Of a DNA stretch of 64,000 nt, positions 25,330 through 36,300 are shown piece after piece (the stretch's first letter is position 1; the number at the start of each line of letters is the position of its first letter). The notes under the pieces are model-generated. The model ran no database searches and had not been told where the DNA came from. It worked only from the letters and a program-made list of their open reading frames with translations. Origin of the DNA: Dipteris shenzhenensis (Eukaryota); NCBI GenBank assembly GCA_047967505.1, contig CM106538.1. The stretch is one strand, 5' to 3'. The translations under genes were made by a program, and so were the position numbers.

Positions 25330-26285
25330 ACAACAATTTCAACCCTTGGCTTGGTTTAATACAATCACATATAATGAATCTAATTATTAAACTAATCAAG
25401 CTACTAGCAAAACGAAACAATTTCAACACCACGCTCATTTAGGACAGTCACAATTTCAACCACCGGGCTGATTTAGGACAATCACAATTTCAACCACTAG
25501 GTTGATTTAGGACACGGTCACAATTTCAACCACCAGGGTACATTAAGATAGTCATAATTTCAACTATCAGACTGGTTTAGCCTGATAGTCACAACTTCAC
25601 ATATTAGACCATAACAAGTATATCATTTTTCATTTTTGAATTTCATAATTAGAAAAAAATAATATATTGCTTTTCATTTCTGAATTTCACAAAAAGACAA
25701 TACCAATATATTGCTTTTCATTTCTTTATTTCCGTTTAACCACTTTCAATTAGTAATTGTTGTTTGACTTGAACTAGTACCGAGTTGGTTTAGGAAAATC
25801 ACATTAAGTCCAAGCCATCCCGGTCTAGAAATGAAGTGGTATATAACATGAAAATAGGAAATTAAATTTTACTAATTTAAGTTCTAAGAAACAATAATTT
25901 CAACCACCGGGCTGGTCAACAACTAATGTCTGTTCAACATGCTGATTCAAGACAATCATATAACTGGTGTTTGAGCTGAACCAGCAAGGTTGCATGATGT
26001 TCCAACCACCAGGCTGGTTTAGTAAAATAATAATATATTATTACTCTATTGTAAAATATGTTGTTGTTATATACTTTTTGTTCAACCACTCTGGTTTAGG
26101 ACAATCACATAACTAGTGCTTGAGCTAAACCAATCAATGTTGCATGATGTCCCAACCACCAAGCTAGTTTAGGACAATAATAATATATTACCATTCTATT
26201 GTGAAATATATTAATGTTAACTTGTGTTCAACCACGCTGGTTCAGGACAATCACATAACTGGGGTTTAAGCTAAACTAGCCATAG
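25330..26285. repeat. Array of aatttcaaccacc-gggctg-tttaggacaatcac units and longer derivatives
   Basis: Unit of about 32-35 bp repeated at 25330-25600, with longer diverged units to 26285; inverted homolog at 48440-49535. Confidence 0.85.
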
Positions 26286-27449
26286 TTACAGCTAGTTGAT
26301 CTAAGCTGTGCACCCCTTTCACTTCCTGTAGGCCATTTCTCAAGTTAGAGGGCATCGCATGTTGGGCATTCATCTCCCGAGGTGTTGGTAGGGTTGTCAA
26401 TCTACGAACTTTAGGATGCAAGCTAAAGTTTGTGAAGACTCGAGAGACTAGTAGTCACATGAATGGTCTGATGTTGCCTCAAAAATGCTCCCACTGATCG
26501 TGACACTACAGCTCATGTTCTTCACTTCGATGACAATGATCGAATGCGTGCATTTGCAATTGCTTCCTGTTGTTGCTCTGCAAGGAGTCTTCTTTCTTCT
26601 CATTGTTTCTCCCTTCGCAAATGTTGCAAAAGTGTCTTCCGATGCCGTTTCGATACCATGCCATTGCTTTCTTTGACCCACAATCTGTTCCTTGTGGCTT
26701 GACCAAGCTTTGAAGCTTTCCTATCTCACAACCTCTGTCTATTCTCTTGCAAGCCATGGCGAGCTGCATGTTGCCCATTGATGCCATGGCAATAATCAGT
26801 GAACCACCAAAATAGACCCTCCAGAATAGAGAGAAGCTAGCCTGTGAGGCAAGCAAAGAATAGAAGACAACTTACCCAAAATATGACAATGCCAAACCAA
26901 AGTGTGTGCAAGGTCGCATCGAGGTGCATACAGGTTGCAGGGTGGGGACAGGCTCCGAGTACTTAATATTCCAAGATTCGATGGGCAGGAGGTGTGAAAA
27001 TTCAAAATTTGCAGGAGTAGCAAATTTTTCAGCCGTCGAGTTTCCCCCCTCCAACAATACACATCAACAAAACTGGATATCCCAACCATTAGGGGAGAAT
27101 TGGGGTCTCCAAAGGGCCCCCAATTAGTGTTTCCTAATTTCAAGGGATTAGTGAGGTATTTGAGGTGTACCAATGGGAGTGCTCCTTTTTGTGGCGCAAT
27201 GCCATGTTGAGATGGAGGGTGGGTAGACCTGCAAACAGCCTATATTGGCTACTCCTCTTACATCGGGGACCACTCAAACCATCCCCCCCTCCTTCAACCC
27301 ATGCTTGACCCTTCTCCCATATGCACCTCCCCCAAACAAACCTACAAGTAATTCAAGAGGCAGTGGGCCCTTTTGGGTGAATTTTTCCCCCCTCTCAGCT
27401 TGTTACAAGCCTGCCCCCTCCTTTTCTCTTCTCCCTCCATTTTTCAAAC

Positions 27450-29128
27450 ATGGGAGCTCATTTGGCATCTTCTCTACCCCCTCCTGCTCTGGTCCACTGT
27501 GTTTCTCCCTCTCCAGCACCTCTTGTAGCAGTTGCTTATTCTCTCTCCATTCCTAGCTATAGCACCTCCTATAGCAGCAGCTACTCATCCCCCTCTGCTC
27601 TTTCTCCCTTCATTCCTAGCTACAACACCTCTTGGAGCAGTTGCTCATCCCCCTCTGCTCTTTCTCCCTCCATTCCTAGCTACAGCACCTCTTGGAGCTT
27701 CTCTCAACCTTCAGTTGCACCCTCTATACCTTCTCCCTCTCTCTTCCTCTATCAGAGCTACTCTCTCCCTCCAAGCTGCACTTTCTAGTCCACTATTGCT
27801 ATTGTGACCTTTGTACAAGCATGGTGAGGAGACCATACATGTACTCTATGTCCCACAGTAGCAAAAATGCACTGGGTGAATGGGTGCCTTGCACCTACAA
27901 CTTGAATGATTGGATAGTCATGAGAGGATCTGCCAAGGGTCCACATAATCTTCCCAAGAGCAAAAGAGGTAATCTTTTGCATGAATGGAAGGGCCGCATC
28001 ATGAAGTTCAAGTTGGGAAGAAAGGATGGCTTGCAAAGGTGCAACACATCTACATGGGGAAGGACATGTGCCTTCCTCCATCAAGCAATCAATCGACAAT
28101 ACCATCGCATTGTAAGTCTGGATTTTGTGTAAGATTTTGAAGTGTAATGATTCAGTTTGAAATTGTATTTTGAAATAGAACCAGTGTAATGAGTCAGTTT
28201 GAACTTGTATTTTGAAATAGCACTTGTGCATAGCAGATGTATTTCCTTCAGACTTTGAGGAGTGGGAACCAGTCGAGTGCTTCTTAGGTAAGTTTACTCC
28301 CATTCATGAGGATTTAGGAAGGCAAATTCATGCTGGAGAGAAGTCCTCTGCTTTGAAACAGAGAAATATCTATTGGTATAATGCCAAGTACATTACTCCA
28401 ATAATGGCATCAGGCTATGGCCATCTTCAATGCATTGCAACACCGCAACTTGAAGACATGGATTGCAGCATGGTGGACACAAGAACAATGCAATCATACA
28501 AGGAAAAGATTGCAAAGGATGTGGGCATGCGGCCATGAAGTTTACATTTGGCTCTAAATGGGTAAGGTTGTCTTGGGTTATGCCTCTGCACATTTTTGCT
28601 TCTTGTTTTCAGAATATCCAGATGGACAGAACAAAAACCATGTGGTCATGCAACTTCCTACATGAGAATGCCCTTGAGGAATTGCTTGGGGTGAATTGGG
28701 GAAGCAGGTCAGGTGAACAAAAGGGTGATTTGTTTCAATGCCATATATGTAAGGACAATGTGGTTGTCAAGTACCACATCTCCTGCCAAATGTTATATTT
28801 TGCTTTCCAATATAGGCGCTAGAAGAAAACAGGTGGCAATTGGCTCCCCCTTGACTCTAACGATGATGATAATATAGGGGTAAGTTTATGTATTGGTTCT
28901 CATTTAGGAAATGTCAAGAATGTGACTATCATGTCACAATGGTCTCTCAGGGACGTGTGGGAACATCTATTGGTCATGGAGGATGGCATGTCTGAGTCCT
29001 TTCACTTTACCTTAAATGGTGAAAAGGTAGGAAAGCATGCAGAGAAGCTTGTGCATAGTGCCACTTTTATCCCTCCTGCAATATTGAAGATTGTAAACAA
29101 TGTGGGGTGGAACAATTGTGGATTTTGA
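27450..29128 (+). pseudogene. Cargo gene: Pro/Ser-rich N-terminus, probable BAH domain, unknown C-terminus
   Basis: YNLNDWIVMRG...WKGRIMKF...AKVQHIY, intron 28112-28236, then YVFPSDFEEWEPVECFLGKFTPIH...IYWYNAKY, resembling the BAH pattern (D-x-V, G-x-I, F-x-S-D...VE-x-I-x-GK, terminal Y). 60-bp tandem repeat x3 at 27540-27700; frameshifts and stops. Confidence 0.55.
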
Positions 29129-29330
29129 CATTTTCCAATTAATAGTGGTGCAATTAATTTTGATGTTTTGAATGGTTTTGTTTCATGTCAATGTCAAGTT
29201 CTTTCCAAAAAATTTATAATTCTTTTTCATTTGTTATATTTAGAACATTTGGGTATATATAGGTTATAAAGTTACTTTAGTTTCAAAGTTTCACTATCAT
29301 AGCCATAGTTCTCCTAGCTACCAAACTACC

Positions 29331-30270
29331 ATGGATTCTGCTAGGTCTGCCTTCCATGATTTCATCTCTCATACTCCATTAATTGATAGAGAGGAAGAGT
29401 TATTTCCAATCTTTTATAAGAGCATAGATGTCCTAGGCACCTACTTGGGAGCCCAAGATGATTTTGAAGACGTCATCAAGTACATGCAAGACTACATCAT
29501 CAGTTTTGCATATCAACTTGATGAGTCTACAAAAAGATGGGTCCCAATTGATTATTTGAACATGGCTAGGGTTTAGGGAGGTGGACACTAATGACCTCCT
29601 AGCATGTGCAGTCATCAAAAACACAGGAAATAGGTTCCTATCCTAGGAAATGACCTTTATTTTTCTTCTTCAAGAGGGACAAATGGAAGAGGAGACCTCG
29701 ACCTCAAGCCCAGCAGACCCTGCACTTGCCCTTTTCGATCCTCTTATTTCTGTAGATGAGCCCAACATTTACAATGAAGAGCCCATAAATGAAGAAGACG
29801 AGGAGCAGGAAGCTGCATTGGCCCTGGAAGTGCTCTAGTGACCTCCTGAACCCCATTCTACTTCTCAAATTCCATCCACCTCGGGCAACACCTCTGTTGG
29901 CCCTGCAACAATGATATGGTTTCTTGCTCCCCTTCTTGTCGATGAAGAACAATACCTCTTTCTCCATGACATAGAGGTTATGTTTGGTCTCTGGGAGGAT
30001 GAAGCTCTTAGTGTCCTATGTGGATACGAGGTGGACACGACTATGTAAGAACCTAGGTTTTTGGGAGTAGATGATTCAATAGAAGAGGTTCTTGCTTTAA
30101 CATTGGCCCAAATCAAAGATGCAAAGACATCAATCTACTCTGACCTACCTGATGTTCCAGAAGAAGCCTCCACATCTCACTCCAGATAGCAGGAGGCCTC
30201 TGGATCCATCCTCATTGACAAAGAGGAAGGGATTGAGCATGACGACTCCATAGTGGTAAGAAACTATGAG
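29331..30270 (+). pseudogene. Cargo gene remnant, acidic protein of unknown function
   Basis: Consecutive coding-like frames (29331-29576, 29650-29838 and on) broken by stops, bounded by AT-rich spacers. Confidence 0.45.
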
Positions 30271-30323
30271 CTTTGAATTTCTTCTCTCTTGGTATACTTT
30301 TTCTTTAATGGAATTCTAATGTA

Positions 30324-30745
30324 ATGTTGGAGGCATTTGAGGTCGACCTATTCTCATCCCGGCAATGCCTTGTTCGCAGTAGCTTCAGCCGAGATCACTC
30401 ACTGGCACATTACCATGGCCAAGCAAAAGGGCACTTTGTAGTTATCCACAAAAAGTTTTCTCCACATGGCATTGATGACCTCCTAAGTGCAAGGCCTTGT
30501 CACGAGTGATTGGTCATGCTGACATCAATCATAATGCTGACAAGGTCATTTTGGTGAACCGCATGGCTGCCCTCAATGCCTTTGGAACCAATTTTCAAGG
30601 TATGGCATTGATAGCAGCAGCCATGTCCCTAGCCAGCAATGACAATAGCGTTGACTCTCTATCTACTAGGTTTAGAGCTAGGAGTGTATTTGGGAATTCA
30701 AATCCCAATGTTCTCAGTGTTTTAGAGAAGAGAGAAAGGCTCTAA
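30324..30745 (+). pseudogene. Cargo ORF remnant of unknown function, possibly a further exon of the preceding gene
   Basis: Overlapping ORFs 30324-30509 and 30497-30745 joined by one frameshift, followed by an AT-rich 3' region. Confidence 0.35.
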
Positions 30746-30968
30746 AGCCTTATTGTATTGAAATTTTATTTTATATGAATACAGATATACTTTTTATATA
30801 GTGCCCCAGTTTGTGTTCTTTTACAAAATTTATTTTATACTATCATTGTATTTTGTGACTTTAATTGTTGTTGGCATTAATATTTTCATTCACTATTCTG
30901 TTTAAAAGCATGCTATCAGATAAATATTTGCACTATAATGGTCATTTCTGAACAATCCAGTAAGAATC

Positions 30969-31152
30969 TCACTGTGCGGTAGAAGGCAAATGTGTTTGGC
31001 ATCATGCAGGGAGCCCAAAAAAGCAAAATCCTGCTATGGCGCATATGGGGCCTGTTCGACTTGGAACAGGCCCCATACATGCCATAGCAGGCTTTTACTT
31101 TTCTAGGCTCCCTACACGATGCCGAACACATTTGCCTTCTACCGCATGGTGA
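30969..31152. other. 184-nt fold-back hairpin (about 89-bp arms, 6-nt loop)
   Basis: 30969-31057 pairs with 31064-31152 with about 12 mismatches, almost all transitions; loop gacttg. Confidence 0.9.
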
Positions 31153-31334
31153 AAAAACATCATTTGACCACTCAAATTCACACTGAACTTGCATAAACTA
31201 ATGGAAAGTATCACCTAACATGTATAATAACATGGGAACAGTAATAGAACATAAAAATATATTTTATTCATTGGCCTCAAAGGGCAGAGATTTACAAAAT
31301 GATTCAAGTTACACCAAATGAACCTAAACAACAT

Positions 31335-32451
31335 CTAGGGCCTAAGGGAGGGATTGAAGTGGATGCGCTTGGTGAGGGTAAGATCCTTGTCCATCACTAC
31401 TACTCTTTTGGCATGGATAGCACATAAGTTCACATCTTCAAAAAGACCTACTACCATCTACTCTGTTGCCTCTTGAATTGCTCCCATAGTACTTGAAGTG
31501 AAATGCACATCATCCTTGTAAGGCTATGCTATTTCACATACAACACACTGGAAGGGTGCATAGGGAATGAGATTGTCCACAATGGTTTAGAACTTGCGGA
31601 TCTCCTAAAGGGCATTCATGCCTAATTTTTTGTGCCTCTTAATCTTTGGGGGACCCTGCACTGGCCTTTGGACATGGCTCCATGGCTGCTTGTCTGCTTT
31701 GAACTTCTTTCGCCTCTCCTCCCTTGCAACCACCTCTTCAAACTCCTCTTTCTATGTCTGGTGGGTCCTTCAAGGTGGATTGTCTCACCTAGGGGTTTGC
31801 TTTGTCCTTGGTCTCTTTTCCTTTTCATGAGGCTATGAGACAGCAGTAGGCTGAGGCTCTTGCTCAGCTCGTACTAGAGGCTCCTCATATCTGATAATTT
31901 CGAGGTACAGAGGGTTGATGGTGCTCTTCCGTGCGGTCTACTTGGTTGGAGGATTGGGGCCAAGGTTCATTATATCTGCGAGCCCACCAAATACTTCCTC
32001 TTATTGTGGCCCCTGTAATCTCTCCATCTCCTCTCTTTGCCTTTCTTGCTCCCCTTGTTGCTCTAGATGCTCCATGCTAGAACCCCACGGAGGAGGGAGG
32101 GGTAGTTAATCAGGATTGATTGGACTATTTTGCCCCTCTTGGAAGACCTCTCTACTTCCACGGTTAGTTGTGTGGAAGGACTAAGAGGACCCCTAATCAT
32201 GCTTGGATCCTTCCTCATGCTGGAATTCCTCATGGTGCTGAGATCCCTGGGATCCCCCATGAGAGTCGAATGGCGGGGACTCGTATTGCTTGGACTCCTA
32301 ATGATGAGAACCACCTTCAGATCCCTCTTTATCATTGCCCTCTTAGCCACTGGGGCTTGCAGTGTGTTCAGAGGCCATGGAGTTGAGGAGGACAACAGGT
32401 AGCATCTAAACGGCGTCTAGTGGGTCTAGTAGTTTGTTTAACTCATGCCAT
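31335..32451 (-). pseudogene. Divergent histone H3 variant with a very long N-terminal tail
   Basis: Starts MA*VKQTTR. Ends [97 protein letters not shown]-stop, colinear with the H3 histone fold. The stops fit C-to-T changes of CAG, CAA or CGA. Confidence 0.93.
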
Positions 32452-32924
32452 AGAAATGAGGGATTTTAGGGTTTTGAGTTGCTTTATATAGTCTTTTTTA
32501 AAGCTGCACTTTAGGGTTTTCTTTTAAATTAAGGTTTTTGGAGTGCACCCCCTCCCCCCCAGTCTTTTTTCATTGCCAGTTCGATAATAATCTTCACCAC
32601 CCTCCCTCCCAACCCACTCACCCCTCCGCCCTGCCATGTCGGACATGCAATTCTGCAATTTCTAAACAAATTTGTGAATTTTGGAATCTATAATTGACTC
32701 AAAATAGTGTTAACTTTATTCATCAAACATTTTACATTTGGGGCTCTCTTAGGACCCAATGCCTCCCCTGTCTGACTCTACATTGCAACCAAAGTGCAAC
32801 CCCTTGGCTCCCTATTGAGGACTTCCAAGAAGCACATCTCCTTGTCTTCTTGACATGTTGAACCGCTTTTGCGAGACTTGAGACCTCTACCTTATCACGC
32901 TTGAGAGTCCTGGCCTCGAGACAT

Positions 32925-33023
32925 GTATGGATGGTCAGATACAAGTGTCTCGGCCTTAATGAGGTTAGCTCTTGCATTAATTTATCTCATTATTTGGATA
33001 TTAATTTTTTTGAGAATCATCAT
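32925..33023 (+). other. About 100-bp captured fragment of the CACTA transposase exon 2/intron 2
   Basis: gtatggatggtcagatacaagtgtctcggccttaatgaggttag...gagaatcatcat matches 15470-15572. Confidence 0.9.
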
Positions 33024-33330
33024 AGTTTCTCATTATTTGAAGCATAAATCCAATCGAACATTTCGTGTAGTGCATTGCTTTGCGCGATACCACCCCCATG
33101 CCTTGTATTCTTGAAGTATGTTGCCTTTGCTCTATAGTTTGATTTCTCCATTCCTTGAGTATTCCAAATGGACAGAGGGCCCCATTCCTCCACAAACCAT
33201 GGTGCACATTTCGTGTAGTGCATTGCTTCGCGCGATACCACCCCCATGCCTTGTATTCTTGAAGTATGCTGCCTTTGCTCTATGGTGTGATTTCTCCACT
33301 CCTTGAGTATTCCAAATGGATAGAGGGCCC

Positions 33331-36300
33331 TAAGAGTGCTCTCAACGGAAGCAAGAACGAAAGAAGGAGAGAGAAAGAGATAGAGAGCCACACAAGTTTG
33401 GTGGGTGCAGAACCACCCTAATCTTCTTTTTCATTCATTTATATATGTGTTTGAGTATTGTACATAACTGGGGTTAAGGCACAGTGACCTTTAACCCCAC
33501 AACCTCCCACTTAAAGGACAATGTGCCTTTAAGGGAGAACAACCAGTGAGCATACTATCCAATGCCCATCAATACACGACAATACTCAAACTACTGACTA
33601 GGTAGACTCTTCGTCAGCATATCTGTAGGGTTATCATCTGTATGAACCTTGACAAGCTCTATGCGCTTGTCCTCAAGTACCTCCCTGATGAAATGGTACC
33701 TGACCTCAATGTGTTTGGTCTTTGCATGAAAGACCGGATTCTGTGCTAGCTGAATAGCACTCATGGAATCACTATGCAATGTCGGTACACCTGTATGAAT
33801 CCCCAAATCTCCCACTAGCCGATCAAGCCATATAGCCTCCTTGCAACCCTCTGTGGCTACAACATACTCAGCCTCTGTGGTAGACAAAGCCACGCACTTC
33901 TATGCATGAGACATCCACGACACTGCACCACCTGCAAAGGTGAACACATAACCAGAAGTGGATCTCCTACTATCCACATGCCCTGCATAGTCTGAATCTA
34001 TGTACCCAAGTACATGCATGTCTCCTTTACCAAAGCAGATGCACATCTCCTTGGTACCCTTCATGTACCTCATGATGCACTTAATTGCCTCCCAATGCCT
34101 CTTTCCTGGATTAGCCATATACCGGCTAACAACTCCCACTGCAAATGCAATGTCTGGTCTAGTAGCTATCATAGCATACATAAGACTCCCAACTGCTGAT
34201 GCACAAGGAACCTTGGCCATCATGGCCCTTTCCTCATCTGATTTGGGACTATCTGTATGACTCAGTTTCCATATGGGGGCAATGGAGTACTCACCGCCTT
34301 CCCCCCCTCCATATTGAAACGTTGCAATACTTTTGTAACATACTCTTTTTCTGAAAGCCAAAGGAGTTTCCTACTCCGATCACGCGTGATGCGCATACCA
34401 AGAATATGACCTGCAAATCCCAAATCCTTCATATCAAAGGCCTCATGCAACTTGGCCTTTAATGTATCTAGCTCATAAGTATTCTTGCTAGCCAATAGCA
34501 TATCATCCACATATAGTGTCAAGATTATCAGGCTATTATCCTTAGCCCTTTTAGTGTAGAGGCAATGATCAATTTCACTCCTTCTAAAACCCTGCGACCG
34601 AATGAAAGCATCAAACTTTTGATACCATTCTCTAGGTGCTTGCTTAAGACCATAGAGACTCTTCTTCAGCTTGCAAACTAAATGCTCTTTGCCCTTTTCT
34701 TCAAAGCCTTCCGGCTGCACCATGTAAATTTCCTCATGCAAATCCCCATGCAAGAAAGCTGTCTTGACATCCATCTGCATAAGCTCCATATCCTCTGCTG
34801 CCACTAGTCCAAGCATGCATCTAAGTGTGGTCATCTTCACAACTGGAGAGAATATCTCATCAAAGTCCACACCCTTCTCTTGCTTGAACCCTTTAGCAAC
34901 CAAACGGGCCTTGTACCTAGGCACATCATCACTTGTGACCTTCATTTTGTAGACCCATTTACATGGCAATGCTTTCTTTCCATGTGGCAAAGAAACCAAG
35001 TCCCAAGTCTTATTCTTCATAAGTGAACTCATCTCTGATTGCATAGCATACTCCCACTTGCGTTGATCCTCATGCATCATAGCCTCTTTGTAGCAAGAAG
35101 GCTCCCCGCAATCAGTAAGGATCACATAGTCTACCCCTAGAACAAACCTATCAGGCGGTCTAGACACTCTAGATGATCTTCTCAAGGGCATTTCAGCTTG
35201 CTGTCCCACTTGCATATCAGCCACATTTGGCTCATCATTTCCACCAATAGATGATCCATCATCTACCCTTGATTGTATACCTGTGGGAGTACTTGGTTGT
35301 ACCATTTCTTGCACATTTGGTGCATGGACAGCTTGCTGTCTATCAACATATGCAGGTGGATTCACATCCTGGAAAGTGATTCTCCTCATTTCCACATCCC
35401 TCATGGGTGCCTTATGCATCTTCTTCTCATTGAAGACCACATCATGGCTGCGTATGATCTTCTTTGCTTCTGGATCCCAGAGATGATAGCCCATCTCTCC
35501 ACTTTCACCATAACCCAGAAAGATGCATTTCCTAGACTTAGGATCTAGCTTCTTTCGAAGCTCTTTTGGCACATGTGCATATGCCTCGCACCCAAATATA
35601 TGCAAATGAGAGTAAGAAGGCTTCTTGCCACTCCATGCCTCTTCAAGAATACCACCATCCAAACTCTTACTAGGTGATCTATTGATCACATGCACTGCAG
35701 TCTTCATTGCCTCAGCCCAAAAACCACCAGAAAGACTTGCATTGGAAAGCATGCATTGCAACCTTTCTTGAATGGTACGGTTCATCTTTTCTGCAACTGG
35801 ATTTTGCTCTGGAGTATGTGGGGATGTGAGCTCCCTCTTAATCCCACGTGTATCACAGAAATGCTGAAAGTCATGAGAGAGATACTCTCCACCATTGTCA
35901 GTCCGTAGGCATTTAAGCATTCTACCTGACTGATTCTCAACCAAGGCCAGCCATTTCTGAAATACCTGGAACACATCACTCTTCCGAGCTATAGCATAAG
36001 CCCACACTTTCCTAGTTGCATCATTAATGAATGTCACATAGTATTCAGCCCCACCTAATGACCGTGTAGGCATGGGACCACATACGTCTGAATGCACCAA
36101 ATCAAGCATTTCAAACTCTTTCTTTCCCCTTCTTTTATGGGCTGATTTAGTCTGCTTCCCATAGAGACAATGCTCACAAAATTCAAAATCAGAGAAACTC
36201 AAATGCGGTACATAACCCAAATGGCATAAGAGTTTCATTCCATTCTGGCTCATGTGCCCCAACCTACAATGCCACAAAGAAGTGCTTGGCTGCTCGGTTA

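Noticed and set aside
26448-27173. Short ORFs here and at 47293-48180
   Set aside because: No recognisable domain, and frames are not consistently kept between the two homologous copies.
31335-31650. Calling the histone a true CENH3
   Set aside because: It keeps canonical Q and F diagnostic residues and loop 1 length, so it is left as an unassigned H3 variant.
33479-33485. RSS heptamer CACAGTG (also at 39085-39092) within the RAG1-like gene span
   Set aside because: It is part of the copia LTR and has no nonamer; most likely chance.
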